The translations under genes were made by a program, and so were the position numbers. Shown here piece after piece: positions 40,975 through 49,329 of a stretch of DNA of 60,630 nucleotides. Each line of letters begins with the position of its first letter. Position 1 is the first letter of the stretch. Location of the stretch: the IMG/VR virus record IMGVR_UViG_3300046727_000269; one strand, given 5' to 3'. The notes beneath the pieces were generated by a model. The model did no database searches, was not told the DNA's origin, and saw nothing but the letters and a program-made list of their open reading frames with translations. The stretch is from a virus.

Positions 40975-41654
40975 TTCTTCTTCATCACCATCAGCAACAC
41001 GACGGCACCACCGGCCAGTGCTACCCACATTGGTATACCGACGAATGGGATTGGGTCAGTGAGCCAGCTCCAGCTATACGTCGCCGGTCCCGTGTTCGTA
41101 ATACTCGTACCGTTCGCCAGTGCCACACTCCCACCCTGAGTCTGGTTGTTCACGACCTGGGTACTCGTCACGGGAGTAGTGACCACGGGTGGAGCCAGTA
41201 CGTTGCCACCAGCTTGGTTTGTCGTCACCCCCGTCGTGTTGGGTGCCACGGTATTGAGCACATTCGGTGCCGGGACGTACGTGGGGGGAGCCACGATCTG
41301 TCCTGATTGAATCAGGTAGGCAGTATTCGCTACCGTGCTGTTGTACGCGGCGGTATATTGCGCCACGTAGGAACTGATGAGGGCAGAGACGGAATTGGGA
41401 TCACAAGGAGTAGGGCTCACGTCCGCGCACGCGTTGATGGCGGCACTCGTCAACGTCTCCTGTACAACTGCGGGAGTGGCCGCGTTGCCCTGCTCTACGG
41501 CAAACTGCAACCCGTTCATAAACGAGTTGAAGTAGGTGGTGATTTGCCCCGTCAAGTCGTACGCCCCGAGCCCGTGGACGCCGGTTGGTAATCCCGGCAC
41601 CGTCAGGGCGGGGACGATTCCGTTGAGGCGGGGGGAGAAGTCGGAAAGTCTCAT
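40971..41654 (-). CDS. C-terminally anchored protein (227 aa), MRLSDFSP N-terminus
   Basis: Start ATG 41654; shares GACTTCTCCCCC (DFSP) with the next gene upstream; C-terminal IPMWVALAGGAVVLLMVM. Confidence 0.6.
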   Translation of the reverse strand: MRLSDFSPRLNGIVPALTVPGLPTGVHGLGAYDLTGQITTYFNSFMNGLQFAVEQGNAATPAVVQETLTSAAINACADVSPTPCDPNSVSALISSYVAQYTAAYNSTVANTAYLIQSGQIVAPPTYVPAPNVLNTVAPNTTGVTTNQAGGNVLAPPVVTTPVTSTQVVNNQTQGGSVALANGTSITNTGPATYSWSWLTDPIPFVGIPMWVALAGGAVVLLMVMKKK

Positions 41655-41659
41655 GTGAT

Positions 41660-42478
41660 TTAATCGCCCCCCATCATCGTGAAGGCGAGCACCCCGCCCC
41701 CGATTAAAAGCAGTGGGAGTGGAAAGGAGGAAAGGAATCCACCCCCACTCGCACCTGTAGTCGTGGAACCGGATGCGGAACTTGATCCCGCCAACAGTGC
41801 CAACGCTTGCCCCGCCTCGGGTGGATCGGGGACGACGGTAGGATCGTTCGCAATGGGATCGCGGAGGTCGGCGAACGCATCGCACCCGGTACACAGGCCA
41901 CCGCCGACTTGTACTGCGTTGGGAGCATTGCAGCACCAGGAGGAGGCACCGCCTCTCTGCCGTTCACTGATGCACCGTTGACCAGCGGCACCCAACGAGG
42001 GATCACCACAGGCTTTTACCAGTGCCGTCCAACCTACATCGAAATTGTTCAACGCGGCCAACTGGAGGGACTTGTAGTGGACCGGGGCATTCATGTACTG
42101 GTTAAGATTCTGCTGCCAGTACGTTTGGAGTTGGTTGGCAATACTCGTTGCCGCCACACACGTCTGCCCGCACCCCCTGAAGAGGGAGGCGATACCGATA
42201 CCGATTGCCGCGAGGCCCACCACGATGGCTGCAATTGGTGCGGCGGGTCCGAACGCGGCGGAAATCATTCCCATGTGCGCGAGGCCGGTAAGAATGGTCC
42301 CAGTCATTGCCGCCCCCTGCATTGCTTCGGATGCGATGGTGGTGGAAGTGACATCGAGGCCGAGGGAACCTACACCAGTGCCCCGTGTACCCTTGGCCCG
42401 TGCGTAGGTACGCGGGGCGAATGCGCTGGGGATGAATGCGAGGGGGTGGCCCGTGGTGGGGGAGAAGTCGAGGCGCAT
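41660..42478 (-). CDS. Membrane protein (272 aa), MRLDFSP N-terminus, Cys-rich ectodomain
   Basis: Start ATG 42478; TM IAAIVVGLAAIGIGIASLF and C-terminal LLLIGGGVLAFTMMGG. Confidence 0.6.
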   Translation of the reverse strand: MRLDFSPTTGHPLAFIPSAFAPRTYARAKGTRGTGVGSLGLDVTSTTIASEAMQGAAMTGTILTGLAHMGMISAAFGPAAPIAAIVVGLAAIGIGIASLFRGCGQTCVAATSIANQLQTYWQQNLNQYMNAPVHYKSLQLAALNNFDVGWTALVKACGDPSLGAAGQRCISERQRGGASSWCCNAPNAVQVGGGLCTGCDAFADLRDPIANDPTVVPDPPEAGQALALLAGSSSASGSTTTGASGGGFLSSFPLPLLLIGGGVLAFTMMGGD

Positions 42479-42675
42479 TAGAATCTGATATCCTCGACTT
42501 GAAATGTCATCCCTAAAACGACTGGTACGATCACGCAAAGTACGAATCGCGGCACGTAAGAAAAGTGGGAACAAAAAGCATCGACGTAGTAGTAGTGGGA
42601 GTGAAGTTGTTGTCCTATGCGCGATAGGAATGGCAGTTGGCTACTGGCTTGGCAAACTTGGCAAACGGCCCTCAT
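42478..42675 (-). CDS. Small Cys-rich membrane protein (65 aa)
   Basis: ORF track; TAATG overlap with the downstream gene and 1-nt gap after the upstream mini-ORF. Confidence 0.45.
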   Translation of the reverse strand: MRAVCQVCQASSQLPFLSRIGQQLHSHYYYVDAFCSHFSYVPRFVLCVIVPVVLGMTFQVEDIRF

Positions 42676-42676
42676 T

Positions 42677-42763
42677 TTAGAATCCCGCTTCCTTCCGTGC
42701 GTACTTCTTCAGTCTCGACTTACTCTCAGCGGGCATCACCAAGTAGGAACCGTTGTAGGCCAT
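42677..42763 (-). CDS. Mini-ORF (28 aa, MAYNGSYLVMPAESKSRLKKYARKEAGF)
   Basis: Hand translation; GGAG RBS; fills the gap exactly; weak. Confidence 0.3.
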   Translation of the reverse strand: MAYNGSYLVMPAESKSRLKKYARKEAGF

Positions 42764-42771
42764 CGTCTCCG

Positions 42772-43380
42772 TTACCGTCCCCGGCTCATCATCATGAACG
42801 CGAGTCCCACCACCGCCACCATCATTAACGTGCTACTGTTGATCCCCCCGAAACTCCCGCTCCCAATCGGCGTCACGAAACTCCCTTGCGCCCCGCCCCC
42901 GGTATTTCCATAGATCCCCGGAAGGTTCTGGGTATTCCCCGTGGGCTGAGAATAAATCACATTCCCCTGTGGGTCCTTGTAATACGTCCCAGGGTTCTGT
43001 GCCGCCATGATCTTCGCCATGCTCGTGCTGGACACGTTGATGACGTTCGCCAGTGCATTCCAATTGAAGTCGGGGCTCCCGGATGGAATAACGGTAGGAA
43101 CAGTACCCCCGCCTCCCGCCCCCGGTGCCGCCCCGCCACTATCCATCGTGCCGAGGTACACGGAACCATCGGGGCACATTCCCCCGGCATCCACCTGGGC
43201 ATTCAAACAGTCCCCAATCCCCTGCACCCCTCTCACCCCGCCCCGACTCTGCATCCGGTCCACGCCACCCACGAGTAACCGTTGCGCCCCCCAGTCCACG
43301 CGGCGATACTGTCGAGGAATCATCAATTCAGCCGGTAGACTTCTCGCCCCCGGTGGCAGTGTCTGAGTAATGACGTTCAT
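42772..43380 (-). CDS. C-terminally anchored Gly-rich protein (202 aa)
   Basis: C-terminal STLMMVAVVGLAFMMMS; stop and start abut the neighbouring genes. Confidence 0.6.
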   Translation of the reverse strand: MNVITQTLPPGARSLPAELMIPRQYRRVDWGAQRLLVGGVDRMQSRGGVRGVQGIGDCLNAQVDAGGMCPDGSVYLGTMDSGGAAPGAGGGGTVPTVIPSGSPDFNWNALANVINVSSTSMAKIMAAQNPGTYYKDPQGNVIYSQPTGNTQNLPGIYGNTGGGAQGSFVTPIGSGSFGGINSSTLMMVAVVGLAFMMMSRGR

Positions 43381-43848
43381 CTAATCGTTCCTCCATTCCG
43401 GGAACACGCCGCCCAATTTCTCCACCATCTGAATCCGGGTGGCGTCGGGCATATTCGTCAGCCCGTTGATCTGGATGAAGCTCCCCACGTCGATGATGGT
43501 CTGCAACATTCCGTCCGGCGTGGGGAACGTCCCCGTGATGGTATAGATGCGCGGGTCCTCATCCCCGCCCGCGTTGAAGTATTGCAACTTGCAAAACGGT
43601 GGGTACGAGTGATTCAATCCCGTGTCCGCGATCTCAAGCACGGCCCGTTCCGCGTTATCAAACGTGAGGAGTTCCAAATACTCCACGAGATCGTTGCACT
43701 GGTGCTTGGTGGCGAATCCCAGCATTTCACGTAGGGGGAGTTGTGGCGTCCAGGGGAATTTCTGGTTGGGATCGAACGGGACGTACATCGCGTCCTCTTT
43801 CGTGGGACGAATCACTTGCTTGAGGCTTGCGGGTAAAGGGAGTGTCAT
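43381..43848 (-). CDS. Hypothetical soluble protein (155 aa)
   Basis: ORF track; stop and start abut the neighbouring genes. Confidence 0.6.
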   Translation of the reverse strand: MTLPLPASLKQVIRPTKEDAMYVPFDPNQKFPWTPQLPLREMLGFATKHQCNDLVEYLELLTFDNAERAVLEIADTGLNHSYPPFCKLQYFNAGGDEDPRIYTITGTFPTPDGMLQTIIDVGSFIQINGLTNMPDATRIQMVEKLGGVFPEWRND

Positions 43849-44577
43849 TTAACTGTGTGCCACCTTCCAAACTTGTTTCGCGCCCCACCAGATACCGAGG
43901 GCGAGTGCCGCCGTACCTACCGCGTTCCCCACGAGCCAAGCCAACCGATCCCACACGGGCCACTCTTTATACTTCCCGTATTGGTTGGGGACTTCCCACC
44001 CCGGATACTCGCCATGACTGGCATCAAGGGGGAGGCGTTCCACTTGGCCCGCGTCATTCACGGGGTACGCCACGACATACACGTGGGAGAACTGGGTAGG
44101 TACTCTTTCATCCGCCCCGACAGTCACAAAGGCGCACCCGATCCCATTCGCCTTCAATAACGCGGCCAAGTAGCACGAGAAGTCGTCACAGTCCCCTACC
44201 CCCTTGCCCTCGTCCACGTACCGGGCCATGTCGAGGGGCCGGATACTCGTCTCAATCACTTCCTCTTCGGGATATCCCCCGATCCCCGCCCCCGTCACCT
44301 CGTCCCGCTGGAATCGAATCCTGCCATTCTTCTTCCACGCGTGTTGATAGAGGGAGTAGGCGCGGGACTTCTCGGACCCCTCGCCTGCCAGTCCTACTGC
44401 CCTCGCCTTGAACCACGGGTCCGCACTGTCCTGGGCGGCACGCTCCAGCATGAGTGCCAACGTCTGCCCCACCTGGGTATCCGGGTCCCAGCTTAGGTTC
44501 TGAACCCGGTACTTCACCTCGCCCAATTGGGAATGGTACTGGGTGCCCTGTGCCCCGGCCTGAAATCCCAGTCTCAT
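43849..44577 (-). CDS. Transglutaminase-like cysteine protease-fold protein with C-terminal membrane anchor
   Basis: KGVGDCDDFSCYLAALLKANGI ... FSHVYVVAY ... LPLDASHG gives a Cys-His-Asp arrangement; C-terminal LVGNAVGTAALALGIWWG. Confidence 0.65.
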   Translation of the reverse strand: MRLGFQAGAQGTQYHSQLGEVKYRVQNLSWDPDTQVGQTLALMLERAAQDSADPWFKARAVGLAGEGSEKSRAYSLYQHAWKKNGRIRFQRDEVTGAGIGGYPEEEVIETSIRPLDMARYVDEGKGVGDCDDFSCYLAALLKANGIGCAFVTVGADERVPTQFSHVYVVAYPVNDAGQVERLPLDASHGEYPGWEVPNQYGKYKEWPVWDRLAWLVGNAVGTAALALGIWWGAKQVWKVAHS

Positions 44578-44600
44578 ATAAAGGAAGGCCCTCGCCCACC

Positions 44601-44613
44601 TTTCCCTGTGAAA
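44601..44613 (-). promoter_or_regulatory. TTTCACAGGGAAA motif, exact copy, gene sense, at the head of the leftward virion operon
   Basis: 23 nt upstream of ATG 44577, inside the 176-nt divergent region. Confidence 0.7.
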
Positions 44614-44741
44614 GAATTGGGCCGCTCAATACCTGTTGGGTTGAGTAGGCGGGCGACTAGCACCCTGGGAGCGGCCACGGAGGGAGTTTTGCACACTTTG
44701 GAGGTTCGTAACAGGTACTAGGTATTGGTAACTGTGTCTCC

Positions 44742-44756
44742 GGTACTCCCAGTACC
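44742..44756. promoter_or_regulatory. Perfect inverted repeat GGTACT-ccc-AGTACC in the divergent region (candidate operator)
   Basis: A third GGTACT lies 24 nt upstream (44714-44719). Confidence 0.35.
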
Positions 44757-44789
44757 CTGCCCATGACACTTGCGCATCAATAACTTGCC

Positions 44790-46694
44790 GTGTATAGTAG
44801 GTCGTCAGGGAGAAAAAGAGCCTTGGCGACCCCAATCAACACGGAAATTGATGACACCGAGGGCCTGGAAGAGGTCACGGATGCAACCTTAGTGGACCCA
44901 GACTCCCCTTATGAGTCTTCCGAGTCCCAATTGGCCGCCGATCGGTCCCACCATGCCAAACCTGGGGCAAAAGGTGGTGGACCAAGGAAAGATGGCATCA
45001 AAACGGGGACGGTAGACGTGGACCTGCCCATTCCCACCCCTCGGTACCGCGTTTTCAAGTCGGACTCGACCAATCCCAACCAGTCCTCTAAGTCGGGATG
45101 GAACTACGGCAATACATTACCCGAGTGGGCCAAGGCGAAACTCGTTTACTACGTGTATCGAGACTGGCCCGTGCTCCTCGATCCGGGGTTTGACGAAGAA
45201 GAGGAAGTGTACGACCGGCAATACAAGTACATCGACAAGATTTCCGGCAACGAACCCATCCAGGACGACATGGACCTACTCCATCGTTATGGCTGTGGGA
45301 CCTACCGAGTCGTCGCCAAGGACTCATCCTCAAAGCGGAAAGTAGATAAGCCCGTATTCACGGTATGGGTGATGAACGTGGGTGGGGCCGACTACAAATC
45401 CAACCCACCGACCGACGCCCGCATCAACGACGTTGAACAGGTGGACCTGAACCATCCCGCTAATAAGTCCTACGTAGCGTACCTCCGTGGGCAGGGGAAG
45501 TTACCGGAGCAGTTGAACTCAAGACAAGTGGAGGGGGAGATGGCGCAAGTACAGATTATCGAGAAGCTCACTGACAAGATGGTGCAGATGGCCGAGAACA
45601 CGTCCACAGGCAAAAACAAAGACGCCGGAGTGCTCCAGGACGCCATGAAAGGCGCGATGGATGTGATGCAGAAGGGGGCGGAGGCGGCGATTAAAACGAC
45701 TCAGGAAGCGAACGAGTATGCCGCCAAGGTTCGGAATGAGGCGGAGGCTAACCGGCCCGCCGCCACTGCTACCTCCGACCCCATGATGTTGGCGTTGAAA
45801 ATCGTGGAGCTAATCCACAGTGAACGCCCCGCCCCCACTCCCGGCACCGACGCGAGGTACGACGCACTCCAGGCTCAATTGGCCCAGTTACAACAAAGTC
45901 AGATTGACAGGTTGGCAAAACAAGTCGAGACACTGTTGGATGCCAAGGTTACCGGCCCCGCCGCCTCCACTTCCCCTTTCTCTGCCATGAATGAAGGACT
46001 CGATTCGTTGGAGAAGTTCAGCACCGTGATGGATCGCCTCAAAGGTGGGAAGGAAGAAGGGGAGGATGCCGTGACCGACACCATAGCCGACGCCGCCCCC
46101 AAGTGGATGCGGCCTATCCTCCCGATCCTCCCCGGCCTCGCGCAAGGTTTAATGGGATGGCTGCAAACAAGGAATCAGCAACCTCAACTTACCTACTACC
46201 AGACGGCGGATGGCCGAATCCTGCCCATCGCCATCCCCCAGGTTATGCCCCAGCCTCAACAGATCCAGGCTCCCCCTATGCAATGGAACGGGCCGACCCG
46301 TCCCCAACAGCAATTCGGACCCCAGCCCGTGCCGTCTCCCGCCAGTGCCCCCGCCCAGGACCCCATCTACGCCCTGCTATCTTCCATCACCATTCCCCTC
46401 CTCAACAACCTGCAAGTGAACGGCACGGGTACAGATTTCGCGGATTGGTTCATCGGGGGGTACGGGCAGGATGTGTATGACGACGTGAGCCAACTTGGAC
46501 CCGATACTCTATTCCAGGCGGTATCCACGTTCCCCCCCATCACATCCAATCCCATCTACGCTCAGACTCCGGTAGAGCAGGTGCAGAAGTTCATTACCGA
46601 GTTCTGTGATCCGAACTGGCCGGACGAAGGGGAGGGAGAAGGAAATGGGGCGGGGGTAGGGACGGAGCCGGGGACGGGGCCAGTCCCAGCATAA
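44790..46694 (+). CDS. Large plus-strand protein (634 aa or less): globular N-terminus, coiled-coil/Ala-Gln-rich centre, hydrophobic segment, Gln/Pro-rich region
   Basis: ORF track; start uncertain (GTG 44790 or a downstream TTG after AGGGAG); no family recognised; the only large plus-strand gene. Confidence 0.7.
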   Translation: MYSRSSGRKRALATPINTEIDDTEGLEEVTDATLVDPDSPYESSESQLAADRSHHAKPGAKGGGPRKDGIKTGTVDVDLPIPTPRYRVFKSDSTNPNQSSKSGWNYGNTLPEWAKAKLVYYVYRDWPVLLDPGFDEEEEVYDRQYKYIDKISGNEPIQDDMDLLHRYGCGTYRVVAKDSSSKRKVDKPVFTVWVMNVGGADYKSNPPTDARINDVEQVDLNHPANKSYVAYLRGQGKLPEQLNSRQVEGEMAQVQIIEKLTDKMVQMAENTSTGKNKDAGVLQDAMKGAMDVMQKGAEAAIKTTQEANEYAAKVRNEAEANRPAATATSDPMMLALKIVELIHSERPAPTPGTDARYDALQAQLAQLQQSQIDRLAKQVETLLDAKVTGPAASTSPFSAMNEGLDSLEKFSTVMDRLKGGKEEGEDAVTDTIADAAPKWMRPILPILPGLAQGLMGWLQTRNQQPQLTYYQTADGRILPIAIPQVMPQPQQIQAPPMQWNGPTRPQQQFGPQPVPSPASAPAQDPIYALLSSITIPLLNNLQVNGTGTDFADWFIGGYGQDVYDDVSQLGPDTLFQAVSTFPPITSNPIYAQTPVEQVQKFITEFCDPNWPDEGEGEGNGAGVGTEPGTGPVPA

Positions 46695-46702
46695 AATAAA
46701 AA

Positions 46703-46742
46703 GGGCGAGGTGAAGGTGCGTCCACTACCCTCACGCTCGCCC
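46703..46742. terminator. Bidirectional terminator hairpin between convergent genes
   Basis: GGGCGAGGTGAAGGT-loop-ACCCTCACGCTCGCCC; the minus strand continues with TTTTTATTTTAT, the plus strand is preceded by AAAAA. Confidence 0.65.
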
Positions 46743-46789
46743 ATTTCCGTCCCAGGGGTCGGAGGCCACCCAGGACGGTACCTTTGACG

Positions 46790-47716
46790 TTACCGGGGTG
46801 CCACCAACACGAGCACCCTCTTGTGCAACGCCTTCATACTCATCTTGCCCGCCAGGAACCCCTTGAGGCACGCGTACAGTTCCAACGCCTTCTTGTCGGC
46901 GGCAACGATTTTACCCTCCGCCGCCTTGATGGTGCCCACCTGAGCCTCCACGGACTCATACAACTCTTCCGCGTCGGGGGTCGATGCCTTCGCCTTCTTC
47001 CGCCCTTGCTTCCCCTTGCGTCCCTTTTTCTTCTTCGCCTTGGATGCCTTGGCGGAGGCGGTGCCGGTGGTAGGATTCTCCAACTCAGCCAGTAGCTCGT
47101 CCTGTTCAACCTCGGACAATGCGGGGAGCACTTCCATGACACGGGACGACACGAGGCCCCTGTGAATCTTGGTTTGAATTTCCTTACGGAGGCCGATCAA
47201 CGCCAGCAATCGAGTTACCGACGTGGGACTCAGCCCCAGTACCTTCCCCGCCGCCCCCTTCCCCATCCCACCTACCTCCACCTTTTCCTTCAGGATGTAC
47301 GCCTTGTCCATTGGGCTCAGGTCGGTGCGCTGCAAGTTCTCGTCCAGGTTCACCCCTTCCGATGGCCCCGAGATTACCGTGGCCCGGATCGGTACCGGGT
47401 GCCCCTCATCAGCGAGTAACCGCAACGCCCCTACTCGCTGATACCCCGCTTCCAATTGATGGGTGGCCCCGTCGCCATTCGCCTCGACCGGGTACACGAT
47501 CACGGGGTTGATTAGCCCCTGCTCTCGGATCGAGTCGGCCAACTTGCGAATGTCCTGGGCCGGTACCGGGAACTTTCTCAGGTTCCGCCCCTCCTCCACC
47601 CGGAGCTTGTCCAAGGCCAATTCAATGACCGGCCCCTCGACCTTGGCCCCCGTCCCCGTCATCGGCTCGTTGCTCACGCGGACGCTCGGCCCGCTCTTAC
47701 CCTTTTTGTTACCCAT
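46790..47716 (-). CDS. ParB N-terminal-domain protein
   Basis: IRKLADSIREQGLINPVIVYPV...HQLEAGYQRVGALRLL matches the ParB/Srx core; basic C-terminal tail; start taken at ATG 47716. Confidence 0.8.
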   Translation of the reverse strand: MGNKKGKSGPSVRVSNEPMTGTGAKVEGPVIELALDKLRVEEGRNLRKFPVPAQDIRKLADSIREQGLINPVIVYPVEANGDGATHQLEAGYQRVGALRLLADEGHPVPIRATVISGPSEGVNLDENLQRTDLSPMDKAYILKEKVEVGGMGKGAAGKVLGLSPTSVTRLLALIGLRKEIQTKIHRGLVSSRVMEVLPALSEVEQDELLAELENPTTGTASAKASKAKKKKGRKGKQGRKKAKASTPDAEELYESVEAQVGTIKAAEGKIVAADKKALELYACLKGFLAGKMSMKALHKRVLVLVAPR

Positions 47717-48113
47717 AGATGGGTTCTCCTTCCCCTTCGTCGTCGTCATCGTCTTCATCGTCACCAGGGCCGAGGTCGGCGGTCGGGGTGGTCACGTCGT
47801 CTCCTTCAACTTCCGGCACGTCGTCACCGTCATCATCCTCGTCGTCCTCGTCCCCCTCGTCGTCCTCTTCGTCTTCAGGCTCAACGTGTTCCAACGCCTT
47901 CGCCTCGTAAACCCATGAGGGTAGTAGGCTCTCCACGTTCTGAGCCTCGTCCCCCGCCCCTTCCGGCAAATCTACAAACGCGAGGTACTTCTTACCGTTT
48001 GGAGCTTCCCATTCCAGGGGTTCCCCAAACGGGACTAATTCCGATTCGTCCTCACCTAGGCACAGTTTGTATCCGTCCGGGACGGTAAGTAAGCGTACGT
48101 CTGAATGGGCCAT
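47709..48113 (-). CDS. Protein with an extremely acidic C-terminal tail (134 aa)
   Basis: EPEDEEDDEGDEDDEDDDGDDVPEVEGDD...GDDEDDDDDEGEGE. Confidence 0.6.
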   Translation of the reverse strand: MAHSDVRLLTVPDGYKLCLGEDESELVPFGEPLEWEAPNGKKYLAFVDLPEGAGDEAQNVESLLPSWVYEAKALEHVEPEDEEDDEGDEDDEDDDGDDVPEVEGDDVTTPTADLGPGDDEDDDDDEGEGEPIYG

Positions 48114-48182
48114 AGATTGTGCGTTGTACCCGTTCCTTTCCTTAATCAGTTTGGGGGAGGGGAGGGGGCCGTGTCAAGGGTT

Positions 48183-48195
48183 TTTCACAGGGAAA
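48183..48195 (+). promoter_or_regulatory. TTTCACAGGGAAA motif, exact copy, the only one in plus sense
   Basis: In the 92-nt gap between 48206..48454 and 47709..48113; the minus strand reads TTTCCCTGTGAAA-AACCCTTGACACGG, about 70 nt upstream of ATG 48113. Confidence 0.55.
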
Positions 48196-48205
48196 GAGGG
48201 TGGAT

Positions 48206-48454
48206 TCACTCGGCCACCGCCTTATAGTGATACGGCAAGTTTTCCGCTATGTTTGTCATCCAGCCAACACTTCGGTAAAAAGCCAGGGCCTCATGCTTAG
48301 GAACCTCTTCAATAAGCACGATCTTGGTCCCCACCGGGATAACGGAGCCTGCCGTCTTTTGTATCATCGTCGCTGGAAGTCTGGTAGGCACATCTGACAT
48401 AGCGACGATGTACCCAAATCTCTCTAAGGCTTCCTGTGCCGTTAGCTTCTTCAC
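48206..48454 (-). CDS. Hypothetical protein (82 aa)
   Basis: Start taken at GTG 48454 (GTGA overlap with the upstream stop). Confidence 0.5.
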   Translation of the reverse strand: MKKLTAQEALERFGYIVAMSDVPTRLPATMIQKTAGSVIPVGTKIVLIEEVPKHEALAFYRSVGWMTNIAENLPYHYKAVAE

Positions 48455-49131
48455 TCTCCCCCCTTCGGTCCCGTCACGCGTACCGTCGTGTATTCCTTCC
48501 GCTTCGTACACTGGGCAATCGTCTCAGCCGGTACCCCCGCCAGCACCAACGCCTCCTTGTCCAGGGTACTATTGCTCCCGTTCACCTTCGCCACCGTCCA
48601 GTCCTCCCACGTCACCTTCTCCACCCCTTGCCGGTCAAAGAATCCAAGCAGGGACTTGTTAATGACCTCGATCCTCTCCTTGATCCTGTCCGCGTCCGTC
48701 TTGAGGGAGATACGCTCCTGGAACAGTTCCCGGAGGAGTTCGGGCTTGCCGGGGAACTCGATCCCCCACAGGAGTTCCGCGTCCTCGATGGAGTAGGACT
48801 CACCCTTGGTCGGCCCTATCCCCGTCAAAGGCACCATCGTAGGTAATGTTGGAACACCACGCACCATAACTGTGACTTCCACTGGCCCTACCTCAGCCTC
48901 CACCACCGGCACCGGCCCTGTGTTCCCGTCTTTGAACCCATTCAACTCCTCACTCAACATGGAAAGGGCCGCTTTCTTCGTCACCCCGTACGCCGTCACC
49001 CCCAGACACTCGGCCTGCCACTTGCCCCCATCCACCTTTTCTACCACGTAGTCCAACCCTTCCAATGGGTCCGTCTTAGGGGGAGCCTTTGGTTTAGGTT
49101 CCGCTCCCGGTTCTCGTTTTGCTCTCGGCAT
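48451..49131 (-). CDS. Hypothetical protein (226 aa)
   Basis: ORF track; basic/Pro-rich N-terminus; no family recognised. Confidence 0.6.
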   Translation of the reverse strand: MPRAKREPGAEPKPKAPPKTDPLEGLDYVVEKVDGGKWQAECLGVTAYGVTKKAALSMLSEELNGFKDGNTGPVPVVEAEVGPVEVTVMVRGVPTLPTMVPLTGIGPTKGESYSIEDAELLWGIEFPGKPELLRELFQERISLKTDADRIKERIEVINKSLLGFFDRQGVEKVTWEDWTVAKVNGSNSTLDKEALVLAGVPAETIAQCTKRKEYTTVRVTGPKGGE

Positions 49132-49165
49132 TTTGCTCGTTTACCCGTTCCTTTCAGATTTTGAA

Positions 49166-49324
49166 TTACCAAACTTTCCCGTTCTCGGAGTCCAACACAA
49201 ACGTCTGAACACTGAGTTCCCCACTGTGGGACTGCACACACTTCTCCGCAAGTTCATTAGTAGAGAACACACCAACGATGGCCCAAGCGTACTCGGCACT
49301 CATATAGACCACAAACACTTCCAT
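49166..49324 (-). CDS. Small ORF (52 aa)
   Basis: MEVFVVYMSAEYAWAIVGVF...; ATG lies 5 nt after the upstream stop. Confidence 0.4.
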   Translation of the reverse strand: MEVFVVYMSAEYAWAIVGVFSTNELAEKCVQSHSGELSVQTFVLDSENGKVW

Positions 49325-49329
49325 TTGAG

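Noticed and set aside
47760-47890. A GTC/GAC-rich repetitive stretch as a possible VNTR or repeat array
   Set aside because: It encodes the poly-Asp/Glu tail of 47709..48113. No regular repeat-spacer structure is present, and no CRISPR array exists anywhere in the window.
48200-48397. A plus-strand 65-aa ORF starting 4 nt after the only plus-sense copy of the motif
   Set aside because: It is entirely antisense to 48206..48454, which is GTGA-coupled into the minus-strand operon and has a more protein-like sequence. It is kept only as a remote possibility.
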